From the NCBI GenBank assembly GCA_963746805.1, contig CAVVCQ010000007.1, forward strand, positions 70,510 through 134,509: a stretch of DNA of 64,000 nt. The letters are read 5' to 3'. How positions within the stretch are numbered: the stretch's first letter is position 1; every line of letters begins with the position of its first letter. Positions 44,661 through 55,334 of the stretch are shown here, one piece after another. The DNA is from an uncultured Actinomycetes bacterium. Its GTDB lineage: Bacteria > Actinomycetota > Thermoleophilia > Gaiellales > Gaiellaceae. The notes beneath the pieces are model-generated. The model was given only the letters and a program-made list of their open reading frames with translations, did no database searches and was not told where the DNA came from. Made by a program: the position numbers and the translations under genes.

Positions 44661-44679
44661 ACTCTACCGGGAGGCCCCG

Positions 44680-45309
44680 ATGCACGTCCTGCCGATGGTG
44701 ATCGAGACGGACGGCCGCGTGGAGCGGTCGTTCGACATCTACTCGCGTCTGCTCCGCGAGCGGATCGTGTTCCTCGGGACGGAAGTCGAGGAGGGGATCG
44801 CGAACTCGATCTGCGCCCAGCTCCTGTTCCTCGAGGCCGAGGACCCGGACGCAGACATCTCGCTCTACGTCAACTCGCCCGGGGGCTCGGCGTACGCGGG
44901 CATGGCGATCTACGACACGATGCAGCACGTCCGGCCCGACGTCCGCACCGTCTGCGTCGGGATGGGCATGTCCGCGGGCGCGATGATCCTCGCGGGCGGC
45001 GCGCCGGGGAAGCGTTTCGCGCTCCCGAACGCGAAGGTGATGATCCACCAGGGCTCCGCCGGGTTCCGCGGCACGCCGGCGGACATCCAGATCCAGGCCC
45101 GCGAGGTCCTCGACCTGACGCAGCGGATGGCGGAGATCATCGCCCTCCACAGTGGCCACTCCGTCGACGAGGTGATGCGCGACATCGACCGCGACCGGTT
45201 CATGAGCGCGGAAGAGGCCGTGGAGTACGGGCTCCTCGACGCGGTGCTGAACGGGGCGGGAGACCGGCTCGAGCCGGCCCCCCGTCCCGGGGAGAAGGTC
45301 GACCGCTAG
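44680..45309 (+). CDS. clpP: ATP-dependent Clp protease proteolytic subunit
   Basis: ATG 44680 sits 5 nt after GGGAGG. Sequence [18 protein letters not shown]...[21 protein letters not shown]...[14 protein letters not shown]...MIHQGS. No clpX or second clpP is adjacent. Confidence 0.9.
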
Positions 45310-45396
45310 GGGAAGCGGAAGACCCGCGGTGCCGTCGCTCGCTCCCGCGAATCGACCTTCCACCGCCTCGAGGCCCTGGCCACGGCCAACTACACC

Positions 45397-45864
45397 GTGA
45401 CCGAGCAATGCGCCGACGGGTCGTCCGCGACCACGCTCGTGACCGTGATCAGCGGGCACGAGGAGGAGTCCCAGGGACGGCGAGGCGACGCTCGACTCCG
45501 ACTTCCTGACGGTGCTCCTGCGCGGGTTCGACTGCGCCGGCACGTTCCTCAGCGACCGCGGCAGCGGGACCGGCGAGTTCGCCTTCTCGCCGTCGCTCCA
45601 GCAGGCGAGCGTGCAAGGCACGGTCACGACCCGCGACGGCCGCGACGTCGCCGTCCACGTCGCCTGAACCGGAACCGGCCCGCTGGAGTCGACGAGCAAC
45701 ACGACGACGTTCCCCGGCTTCACCGGCCACTTCAAGGGCAAGGTCCGCGACGCGGTCGCGACCGGCACGGTTGTCGTGGACGGCGAGACGCTGTCGACGG
45801 CACCACCACGAACGCCGAGATCGAGACGCTCGAGGACACGAACGTCACGACCGGGTCCGGGTGA
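45397..45864 (+). pseudogene. decayed gene of unknown function (several frame breaks and an internal stop)
   Basis: Coding-looking pieces sit in three frames:
- TVTEQCADGSSATTLVTVISGHEEES
- TLDSDFLTVLLRGFDCAGTFLSDRGSGTGEFAFSPSLQQASVQGTVTTRDGRDVAVHV
- GTGPLESTSNTTTFPGFTGHFKGKVRDAVATGTVVVDGETL
- VDGTTTNAEIETLEDTNVTTGSG*

There is no N-terminus or signal sequence. Confidence 0.5.
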
Positions 45865-45898
45865 GGCGGCGCGGCTGGCGCTACACTCGACGCGGTCG

Positions 45899-45971
45899 GC
45901 CGACGTAGCTCAGTTGGTAGAGCACTTCACTCGTAATGAAGGGGTCCGCGGTTCGAGTCCGCGCGTCGGCT
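45899..45971 (+). tRNA. tRNA-Thr (anticodon CGU)
   Basis: Hand-folded cloverleaf:
- Acceptor stem GCCGACG/CGTCGGC.
- D arm GCTC-AGTTGGTA-GAGC.
- Anticodon arm CTTCA-CTCGTAA-TGAAG.
- Variable loop GGGTC.
- T arm CGCGG-TTCGAGT-CCGCG.
- Discriminator T.

CCA is not encoded. Confidence 0.92.
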
Positions 45972-45977
45972 CAGAAG

Positions 45978-46001
45978 AAAGCCCCGCTCACGCGGGGCTT
46001 T
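45978..46001 (+). terminator. intrinsic terminator after the tRNA
   Basis: AAAGCCCCGC-tcac-GCGGGGCTTT followed by CGCTTTCTCC. Confidence 0.65.
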
Positions 46002-46028
46002 CGCTTTCTCCGATGGCAACGCGCAAGG
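45984..46028 (+). repeat. direct repeat copy A (partner 47326..47367)
   Basis: CCGCTCACGCGGGGCTTTCGCTTTCTCCGATGGCAACGCGCAAGG aligns with CCGCTCACACGGGCTTTCGCTTTCTCGCGTGGCAACGCAAGG. Confidence 0.75.
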
Positions 46029-46297
46029 TGAGTGGGCAACGCACAGGGCAACGCAGGCGCCCGAGCCGCCTGACACCGCTGAAAGAGACCAGGTGCGATC
46101 CGCTTCCGCTTTCTGAACCCGAAGCCCATCGGCGTCGGTTGTAACAGCGCGAGCGCCTGCTGGAAAGGCCGACCTCACGCATCCGTATGGAGGGCTGGCA
46201 ACGACCCCGCTCGCGCCCGCCGCTGGGTCGTCGCCTCACAGGATTCGCAGGGGCGGCGCGGCCGCACGCCGCCCCCGCGAATCGCCGCGATCTGGTC

Positions 46298-46900
46298 CTA
46301 CGCTGGTGTGGCCGCCGCCGTGGCCACTCCCGGCCGCGGCAACGCCGGCGCCGGTTGGCGGCGGCGGAGTGCGCCGCCGGAGGCGAGGACGATGAAGCCG
46401 ATGCCGCTGAGCAAGAGGGCGATGCCGACGACGATGCCGAACAGCGCCATCTGCTCGGCCATATAGCTGACATTGAGCGCGGTCGAAAGCGCGGTCGCGG
46501 TCACCCATGTTTCGCGGGCACCGTTGGAGACCGGGTTCCCGCTAGCGTCCTTCAGGGCGGCCGCCTCGTCACTCGTGCCGGCCGGGTTCTCCGGATCATC
46601 GGCGGAGACGAAGCGCCCCATCTGCGCATACGTCAGCCCGCCCGCGCCCTCGAGCGCGTGCTCACGCATCACCTGCGCGAATGCCCGCGCCTGCTCGCCG
46701 GTCTTCACCGGCTGCTCGGCCCACTCGGCGGCGTACTTCGCGACCGCCGGATCGTCGGCGGCGCCAAAGCTGATCTGCTCCTGGCTGAGGCTGTTTCGCA
46801 CAGTGGTGCGGCCGTCAACGCCCATGTAGATCGCCGCAGCACCGAACATCACGAGCGCCACCCCGGCGATGATGCCGCCCAGGTTGAATAGTTTCCTCAT
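46298..46900 (-). CDS. hypothetical membrane protein (N- and C-terminal TM helices)
   Basis: 200 aa. N-terminal TM is MRKLFNLGGIIAGVALVMFGAAAIYMG. The soluble middle reads AKYAAEWAEQPVKTGEQARAFAQVMREHA. C-terminal TM is LFGIVVGIALLLSGIGFIVLA. Confidence 0.65.
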   Translation of the reverse strand: MRKLFNLGGIIAGVALVMFGAAAIYMGVDGRTTVRNSLSQEQISFGAADDPAVAKYAAEWAEQPVKTGEQARAFAQVMREHALEGAGGLTYAQMGRFVSADDPENPAGTSDEAAALKDASGNPVSNGARETWVTATALSTALNVSYMAEQMALFGIVVGIALLLSGIGFIVLASGGALRRRQPAPALPRPGVATAAATPA

Positions 46901-47068
46901 GTCACTCCCTGTCTCGAACGGTCGGGAGAGGAGGAAAGCTCCCCCTCTACACCAGAGCCCGTTTGGGAGTCGGCAAACCCTGTCCGACGGCTACCGCGCG
47001 AGGTCTAACGCACTCCCACTATCGCACAGATTGTGACAACCTGCACAAAACGTGTGTTACCGCTGGGA

Positions 47069-47329
47069 CTAGAAGCCGAGGCTGCCGCCCTGCAGCAAGG
47101 CGATCAGCTCGTTCCGTGACGGGAGGAATGCACCGCCCGCCAGCCGCTTTCCCTGCACGTCGGTGTATGTGCGCTCGTCCGCCGAAAGGTCGACCGGCAG
47201 CATCTGCTCCCTGCCGACCGCACCGTACGGCGCGTAAGCGGCGACGTGATCGTCGGGCCGGCCGCGCCCGGCTTCTCGGCGTCCGTTGCACTGAGCAGGT
47301 CGCCCCCGATGCCGGACGGGCGACTCCGC
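47069..47329 (-). pseudogene. 3' fragment of an unknown gene (no start codon)
   Basis: An 86-codon open frame with high GC3 ends ...AAYAPYGAVGREQMLPVDLSADERTYTDVQGKRLAGGAFLPSRNELIALLQGGSLGF* (TAG 47069-47071). The upstream in-frame TGA lies inside repeat copy B. The only internal ATG would give 38 aa. Confidence 0.3.
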
Positions 47330-47367
47330 TCACACGGGCTTTCGCTTTCTCGCGTGGCAACGCAAGG
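47326..47367 (+). repeat. direct repeat copy B (degenerate copy of the tRNA-downstream terminator region)
   Basis: See copy A. The hairpin is degraded in this copy. Confidence 0.75.
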
Positions 47368-47508
47368 CGCGTGCTCCGCGTCGAGTTCGTGCAATCGAAT
47401 CTCGCCGGCGACGCCTGAGGTTCCTGGGCTAGAGTGGTAGGAACGAAAGGCGAGTACCGGTTGGCGCTCCGCGCCCTCCTGACCCGTCGGGTGGGGGTGC
47501 TCGTTTCG

Positions 47509-48378
47509 ATGACATCTGGTGTTCACACGAACCGCGGCAGCGCCGTGAAAGACGACGACACCTCGACCGGCCTGAACCTGTTCCTGAAAGAGATCGGCAG
47601 GATCGACCTCTTGACCGCCGCCCAGGAGGTCGAGCTGTCGAAGCGGATCGAGCGGGGCGACATGGGCGCGAAGCGCCAGATGGTGGAGGCGAACCTGCGC
47701 CTGGTCGTTTCGATCGCAAAGCGGTACCGCAACCAGGGGCTGCCGTTCGTCGACCTGATCCAGGAGGGGTCGATCGGCCTCGCCCGCGCGGCCGAGAAGT
47801 TCGACCACCGCAAGGGCTTCAAGTTCTCGACGTACGCGACGTGGTGGATCCGGCAGGCGGTTGCGCGCTCGCTCGCGGACAAGGCGCGCACCATCCGCAT
47901 GCCGGTCCACGTGGTCGAGAAGCTCAACAGCATCGTGCGTGTCGAGCGCGACCTGCGCGTCCGGCTCGGGCGCGAGCCGCATTCGGCCGAGATCGCCGGC
48001 GCCCTCGACTTCACCGTCGCCGAGGTCGATGTGATCCGCGGCTATGACGTGGCGCCGCTTTCACTCGCGTCACCGGTCGGGGAGGGCGACGCGGAGTTCG
48101 GCGACTTCCTCCCGGACGATTCGACACCCCTGCCGGACGAGGAGGCCGAGACGGCCCTCCGGAAGGAGGCGCTGCTGAAGATCCTCGGCTCGCTGTCGCC
48201 GCGCGCGCGTCACATCCTCGAGCTCCGGTACGGCTTGCTGGGGCAAACCCCGATGACGTTGGACGAGATCGGCCGCATGTACGACGTCACACGCGAACGG
48301 ATCCGCCAGATCGAGAGCCGCAGCTTGAAGGCACTCAGCCGGCTTGCCGACGCGGAGGCCCTGCGCCAAGCGACGTGA
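47509..48378 (+). CDS. RNA polymerase sigma-70 factor, group 2-like paralogue
   Basis: [84 protein letters not shown]. Start is ATG 47509, or earlier at 47434. Confidence 0.85.
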
Positions 48379-48562
48379 TGCCGGCCGAAAACCCTCGACT
48401 GTAGGTGGGGTAGTGAGCGTGGAGGCGTACCTCATCGACCGCCTCCGGTGCCGACTCACACACGTCGAGTGCCTCCAAGTCACGCCCGCGTCAGCCTGTC
48501 CCATGACCGTCGCCGTTCTCGGCTCAGCCAGCACAATGTCGGCGGAGAGTCGCACTGGCCGG

Positions 48563-48597
48563 AGAAGAAGGCCGGCCCTCTGGCCGGCCTTCTCTCG
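48563..48597. terminator. bidirectional terminator-like hairpin between the sigma gene and groEL
   Basis: GAAGGCCGGCC-ctct-GGCCGGCCTTC (11 bp perfect), extended by flanking pairs. It lies 13 nt beyond the groEL stop. Confidence 0.6.
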
Positions 48598-48609
48598 TCG
48601 AGTGCTGCC

Positions 48610-50259
<1,650 letters not shown>

Positions 50260-50277
50260 CTAACTCGGTTGGTCTCT

Positions 50278-50595
50278 CTAGGCCTTCGCACCGACTGGCT
50301 CGCGGTCGCCGACGACCTTCGCGAGAACGTCCGACTCGCGAAGGATCAGGACCTCATCGGTGCCGAGTCTGATCTCGGTCCCGCCGTACTTGGAGAAGAT
50401 GATCTCGTCACCCTCCTCCAGGTCCATCTTGATGTACTCGCCGTCCTCGTCCCGCGGGCCGGGGCCCACGGCGAGGACGCGCCCGCGCTGCGGCTTCTCC
50501 TTCGCCGTGTCGGGCAAGACGATGCCGCCAACCGTCACTTCCTCCTCCTCGAGAACCTCGACGATCAGGCGGTCACCAAGTGGCTGCAGATTCAT
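50278..50595 (-). CDS. groS: co-chaperonin GroES (10 kDa)
   Basis: ATG 50595 follows GGGAGG. Sequence MNLQPLGDRLIVEVLEEEEVTVGGIVLPDTAKEKPQRGRVLAVGPG... Confidence 0.93.
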   Translation of the reverse strand: MNLQPLGDRLIVEVLEEEEVTVGGIVLPDTAKEKPQRGRVLAVGPGPRDEDGEYIKMDLEEGDEIIFSKYGGTEIRLGTDEVLILRESDVLAKVVGDREPVGAKA

Positions 50596-51229
50596 CACAA
50601 GCCTCCCTCTCTCGTACTCCGAAGATCTGGATTTGCGACGCGCGTTGGCTCTTCTGGGGAACTTTGGCGGTCGCAAACCCTGAGGTTGTCGGGCACGAAC
50701 CGCTCAGGTTCGCGGCCGTCGCGATCGCGCCGTAGTCAAGGCAAGACGCGGGCGCGCGGCCGCGCCGCCCACCTCCACGGCGTCCGCGCTGCGACGCTCG
50801 CCCGTGTTCCGGATGATCGGCCGCTCCTCTGGCAGCAGCGCGCCCCCTTCTCCTTCCCAGGCTTGCACCGCTGCCCGCTTGATCGCCGCGGGCCGCGCGC
50901 GCTCGAGCTGCTCGACCCCCCTCACCGCCCGGAAATTCAGCCAGCGCGGATCGAAAGGCCCGTGCTTTCGCGAGTGTTGGATCGTCCTCGTCATGACGGT
51001 GCGCGCGGGGAGAGCTTCATTTCTGGGTCCTTCCCTCAGCCTGAGCTTCATCGCCGGCACGGACAGACGCCGGCCTTGCTCCGACCTTCGCTGGTGAGGG
51101 CGGACCGTCCGCGGGGCCGACTGCTTCTGGCCGGCGGAGGAGTTTGCTGCGCCGATCACGGCGCCGCACGGCACCAAGTCTAGCTGGTTCCACGCTCACC
51201 GGCTCCGCGAGCTACATTGAACAGTTGCC

Positions 51230-51844
51230 GTGATCGAGGACGAGATTCACCATCTGCGTGTCCTGATCGCGAACGAGCGGCGTGACCGGCTCGAGTTGCT
51301 CGCCCAGGTCGTCGCCGGGCTCGGACACGAGGTGATCGCCCGGGAGATCGAAGTCGGCGAGGTCGGCGCGGTGACCGCGCGAGAACGGCCCGATGTCGCG
51401 CTCGTGGGACTCGGCCTCTCCTCAGAACACGCGCTCGAGCTGATCGCGAAGATCGTCCACGAATCAGCCTGTCCCGTGATCGCACTGCTTTCTGCCAGGG
51501 ACCCCGCCTACGTCCACGAGGCGGCCAAACGCGGCGTCTTCGCCTACATCGTCGACACCACACCTGAGGAACTGCAGAGCGCGATCGACATCACCCTGCA
51601 GCGTTTTGCCGAGTACCACAGCCTTCAAGGAGCCTTCGGGCGCCGGGCGCTGATCGAGCAGGCGAAGGGGATCCTGATGGCCCGCCACGCGATCGACGCC
51701 GACAAGGCATTCGAGATGCTGCGCAACCACTCACAGCACAACGGCCACAAGCTCGCAAACGTCGCAGCGGCGGTCGTCGACAGCCATCTCCTGCTGCTGC
51801 CGCCAATCACGCAGCTGCCGCCCCCTGTCGAGCGCCCGGGTTAG
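51230..51844 (+). CDS. ANTAR-domain response-regulator-like protein (AmiR/NasR type RNA-binding antiterminator)
   Basis: Receiver-like N-terminus is VLIANERRDRLELL...PDVALVGLGL. ANTAR motif is ALIEQAKGILMARHAIDADKAFEMLRNHSQHNGHKLANVAAAVV. Confidence 0.82.
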   Translation: MIEDEIHHLRVLIANERRDRLELLAQVVAGLGHEVIAREIEVGEVGAVTARERPDVALVGLGLSSEHALELIAKIVHESACPVIALLSARDPAYVHEAAKRGVFAYIVDTTPEELQSAIDITLQRFAEYHSLQGAFGRRALIEQAKGILMARHAIDADKAFEMLRNHSQHNGHKLANVAAAVVDSHLLLLPPITQLPPPVERPG

Positions 51845-52770
51845 GTCACGGCAAGACGAGAGTCGACCTCGAGCTCGTCGCGCGCGAGGTGCAGCTTCGA
51901 TCGTGCCGCAGCCCGAGTCGGCGCGAATCGGGTGCGAACATCCCAAGCGGCCGCGTAGAGGAGGATCGCGACCCCGCACAGCACCCCCAGTGCCTGGCCG
52001 GCCAGGGCGACGTCGAACGCCTGCGAGGTCTCGACACCCGAGGCGATGAGCGCCGCAGCGCCGGCGCCGGCCTTGGTCGCGCCTGCGGGGCCCGGCAGCG
52101 CCCCTACTGCCGCGCCGGCCGAGAGGTAGAGCACGGCGAGCGCGAACGAGAAACCGACCCCGAGCGCTCCGAGCAGGAGCAGCAGTGCGACTGTCCGGAC
52201 GAGCCAGGAGACAAAGACGAGCGCCCATGCTCCCGAAGCAACTCGCAGCGAGGTCGTACGCGGCCCGAGCCAGCGGCCGAGCCGCGAGCGCGCGAGCCGC
52301 CCGCGTGTGGCCAATCGCGGCAGCACTGCGACGAAGGCGGCGGCGGCGAATCCAACCCCGGCAAGAAGGATCAGGCCGGTGCGCACGGCGGGCGAGTAGC
52401 CCGGCACGAACGCCGACGCAAGCGCGAGCGGGGCCAGGGCAGCAATGTCGATCAGGCCGAGCACGACGATGGAGAGGCCGACCGTCCGCACGCCGGCAGG
52501 ACAGCCCGGGTAGCGGTTGACGATCGCGATCCGGACGACGTCAGCGCAGCGGCCGGGGAGGACGAGCCCGACGATCGAGGAGCCACCGGTCGCGGCCGCG
52601 AGGGCACGCGTCTGCGGGCGCTCGTCCACCGCGAAGAGCCATCGCCACGCGTAGATCTTGAGGGCATACGCGACGAGGAAGAGAAGCGCCGCCGCCGTGA
52701 GAAGAACGGGATCCCCGCGTGTGAGCGGCCACGGAGTATCGGCGAAGCGTCGGGCGGCCAGGATCGACAC
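51841..52770 (-). CDS. UPF0104 / lysyl-phosphatidylglycerol-synthase-TM-region-like membrane protein
   Basis: 309 aa with about 8 TM helices. Sequence ...LKIYAWRWLFA...GGSSIVGLVLPGRCADVVRIAIV... Confidence 0.5.
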   Translation of the reverse strand: MSILAARRFADTPWPLTRGDPVLLTAAALLFLVAYALKIYAWRWLFAVDERPQTRALAAATGGSSIVGLVLPGRCADVVRIAIVNRYPGCPAGVRTVGLSIVVLGLIDIAALAPLALASAFVPGYSPAVRTGLILLAGVGFAAAAFVAVLPRLATRGRLARSRLGRWLGPRTTSLRVASGAWALVFVSWLVRTVALLLLLGALGVGFSFALAVLYLSAGAAVGALPGPAGATKAGAGAAALIASGVETSQAFDVALAGQALGVLCGVAILLYAAAWDVRTRFAPTRAAARSKLHLARDELEVDSRLAVT

Positions 52771-52953
52771 AGCAAGTGCGAGAGCTCCTGATCCGGCGAT
52801 CAGCTTCAGCCTGGCCTGCGCCGATAGACCGAGGCGCCAGCGGCCCTGCTCGAGGGGTAGGCGGTGGCCACCCTCGAGAACTCCCTCGACGGACGAGGAG
52901 ATCGCCGGTTCGACGAGCGAACCGGCGGCGAATCGCTCGCACTGGGTCGACCA

Positions 52954-53226
52954 TCACATGCTGCTCGTCATCGCGACGGGCCCGACCATGGTGTACGAGC
53001 GATCCCCGAGCGACAGCTTCGCAGACCCGGCACCGCCTTCTGCGAGCCATGCCTCGACCGCGTCGAGAACGAGGACGACCGTGTGCGACTCCGACTCCGA
53101 CCGAACCCTGACTTCCTTGCGACGCCCGTCGAACGACACGGATGACCGGTCGAATACGCCGGCCAGCCGCCGCACGAGGGTGTGAACGCCTGTGGCGTCA
53201 GCAACAGCAACGCGAATCTCCACCAT
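52954..53226 (-). CDS. small hypothetical protein (90 aa)
   Basis: ATG 53226 sits 5 nt after GGAGGG. Sequence MVEIRVAVADATGVHTLVRRLAGVFDRSSVSFDGRRKEVRVRSESESHTVVLVLDAVEAWL... Confidence 0.45.
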   Translation of the reverse strand: MVEIRVAVADATGVHTLVRRLAGVFDRSSVSFDGRRKEVRVRSESESHTVVLVLDAVEAWLAEGGAGSAKLSLGDRSYTMVGPVAMTSSM

Positions 53227-53454
53227 GCCGGCCCTCCGGGCTTGAAGCGTCGACGCCAGCCTGTGCGTGAGGCCGGCCAGATACTGCTCCAACCCGATTC
53301 GCTCAGGGCGGACCTTTTACGGGGCCGAAGGGCTTATGGCCCGCGTGGTGACTCGTGGCGCCGGTCGATGAGGCGCCGCTCGCCCCGGAGCTTATCACCG
53401 CATCTCCCCGATTCCGGGCGTCGGGGGCTGCGCGCGCGGGTTAGCGGCTGGGGA

Positions 53455-54016
53455 TCAGGCGCTTGATCGCGCTCCAGCGAGAGCTCGCTCGCGCCTCCAG
53501 GTCTTGCCCGGGTAGGCGACCGAGATCGCCCAAGCGCAGCGGAACGTCTGACAGCCTTTCGGGACGAGCGGGGTCAAGCTGAGCCTGTTGCCGCGAACCT
53601 GGTGGCGGAAGGTGACTTTCGGGAACTCCTTGAAGATCGTCACGGTTCCGGCCTTGCTGATGCGGTAACGCCCGTCGTCGACGGACTCACCATTCCAGTC
53701 GAGCGAGCCGAACTCGCCGTTCTTCAGGAAGAAGTGCGAGTGCTTGCGGGGGACCGGCTCCAAGACATGGCCGCGACCGATCACGAAGGTTTCCCGGGTC
53801 CCGAACGCCGGGGATGAAGCCGTTTCCCACGACCATCTCGTTGACGAGCTTGGACATACCCGCGCTGCGCAAGGCGCTTGCCAGCTCGGTGCAAGTCGTG
53901 GTCCTCGCCCAGGTGCCGACGAGTGAACCTCCCGATTGAAACGGCGCCGACCGGGCAACACCCGCGCTTACGACGGCGGCGAGCGCCACCGCCGTGACGA
54001 GCATGTACTTCCTCAT
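53455..54016 (-). pseudogene. secreted hypothetical protein with a frame break near 53800-53812
   Basis: ATG 54016 sits 5 nt after GGGAGG. Signal peptide is MRKYMLVTAVALAAVVSAGVARSA, followed by ...NEMVVGNGFIPG in one frame. The sequence continues in another frame as FGTRETFVIGRGHVLEPVPRKHSHFFLKNGEFGSLDWNGESVDDGRYRISKAGTVTIFKEF... Confidence 0.65.
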
Positions 54017-54362
54017 GTTGGCCTCCCGACTCGCCTGCCGCTGACGCCCGGGCAAATGCGAGCGCGACTATCCAATGACTCGAAGCGGGTGTCAATCCGC
54101 CGGTTCGAGGCTCGGACCGAGAGCGTCGCCCCCGAGGCGTCACTCACGTGTTGGTTGGGCAATGGAGAAGCCCCCGGCGCGTGGGCACCGAGGGCTTCGT
54201 CCACTACCTGCGCCGTGCCGTCTGGGCGAGGTACAACACAGGCAGTACGAGACGTGTTCAGGAGCGTCGCCTCGCCAGGTCACGGTAGGTGCGCTCCTAG
54301 GGCGGTCGGATGACCTAATCAGGTCAACTACGACGGATTGCGGCGATGGTCAGCGAGGCGAA

Positions 54363-55292
54363 ATGGAACTGTCTGAGAAGGTCGCCCTGGTAGCCGGAGC
54401 GACCCGTGGCGCGGGGCGTGCGATCGCGGTCGAGCTGGGCAGAGCCGGCGCTCACGTGTACGCGACCGGGCGCAGCAGTCGGTTCTCCGGGCGCTCTGAG
54501 ATCGACCGTCCCGAGACGATCGAGAAGACCGGCGAGTTGGTCGAGGCGGCCGGCGGGTCGGCGACAGCGTTGGTCGTCGACCATGAGGACTCGAGCGCCG
54601 TTGCTGCTCTTGTCGAGCGCATCGCGTCGGGTCATGGACGTCTCGATGTACTCGTCAACGACATGTTCGGCGGCGACCGGTACGCGCAGTGGGACAAGCC
54701 GCTGTGGGAGCACGACCTGCTCGGTGGGTTGCGGATGCTCCGGATGGGCGTTGACACCCATCTGATCACCGCCCATCACGCGCTGCCGCTGATGCTGAAA
54801 ACGGCGTCGGACAAGACGCCCGGACTCGTGGTGGAGATGACCGACGGAACGTTCGAGTTCAACACCAACTTCCGTGAAGGCGTCGGCTTCTACTACGACT
54901 TGGTCAAGGCCAACGTGCAGCGGATCGTCGTCGGATTGACGTTCGAGCTGCGTGAGCATCCGATCGTGGCCTTGGCCGTGACGCCAGGCTGGCTTCGCTC
55001 GGAGAACATGCTCGACAACTTCGGCGTCACCGAAGAGACGTGGCGTGACGCGCTGGCGAAGCGACCCGGGTTCGCGATCAGTGAGTCCCCCGCATACGTG
55101 GGGCGGGGCGTCGCCGCCCTCGCCGGCGACGCCAACCCGAGCAGGTACGCCGGCCGCTCGCTCACGTCGTACGACCTGGCGAAGGAGTACGGCGTCACCG
55201 ATACCGACGGCTCTCAGCCGAACTGTTGGGGCTACATCGACACGTACGGGATCGACGAGCAGAGCGGACGAGGAGTGGACGAGTTCCGTTAG
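54363..55292 (+). CDS. short-chain dehydrogenase/reductase (SDR) family protein
   Basis: In-frame ATG 54363 gives MELSEKVALVAGATRGAGRAIAVELGRAGAHVYATGRS... (TGxxxGxG-type NAD(P) motif). Confidence 0.78.
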   Translation: MELSEKVALVAGATRGAGRAIAVELGRAGAHVYATGRSSRFSGRSEIDRPETIEKTGELVEAAGGSATALVVDHEDSSAVAALVERIASGHGRLDVLVNDMFGGDRYAQWDKPLWEHDLLGGLRMLRMGVDTHLITAHHALPLMLKTASDKTPGLVVEMTDGTFEFNTNFREGVGFYYDLVKANVQRIVVGLTFELREHPIVALAVTPGWLRSENMLDNFGVTEETWRDALAKRPGFAISESPAYVGRGVAALAGDANPSRYAGRSLTSYDLAKEYGVTDTDGSQPNCWGYIDTYGIDEQSGRGVDEFR

Positions 55293-55334
55293 GCAACGAT
55301 CGCCGGGCCGAGACGCTCGCGGCGCGGGAGACTC

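Noticed and set aside
39567-47400. Considered calling the dpp-breakpoint-to-tRNA-Thr stretch a genomic island or integrative element.
   Set aside because: No integrase, excisionase, transposase or conjugation gene is present, and I cannot compute composition. It is reported only as hypotheses in the findings.
50596-50720. Searched the groES upstream region for CIRCE (TTAGCACTC-N9-GAGTGCTAA) or HAIR (CTTGAGT-N7-ACTCAAG) heat-shock operators.
   Set aside because: Neither motif is visible by eye. Only a short CGAACC-N5-GGTTCG palindrome occurs at about 50697-50713. That is not enough to call a regulatory site.
50704-51177. 157-aa minus-strand ORF between groES and the ANTAR regulator (contains MTRTIQHSRKHGPFDPRWLNFRAV...).
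   Set aside because: GC3 is moderate and I recognise no family. The start is ambiguous and there is no good Shine-Dalgarno site. It may be a real small gene, but I cannot support it.
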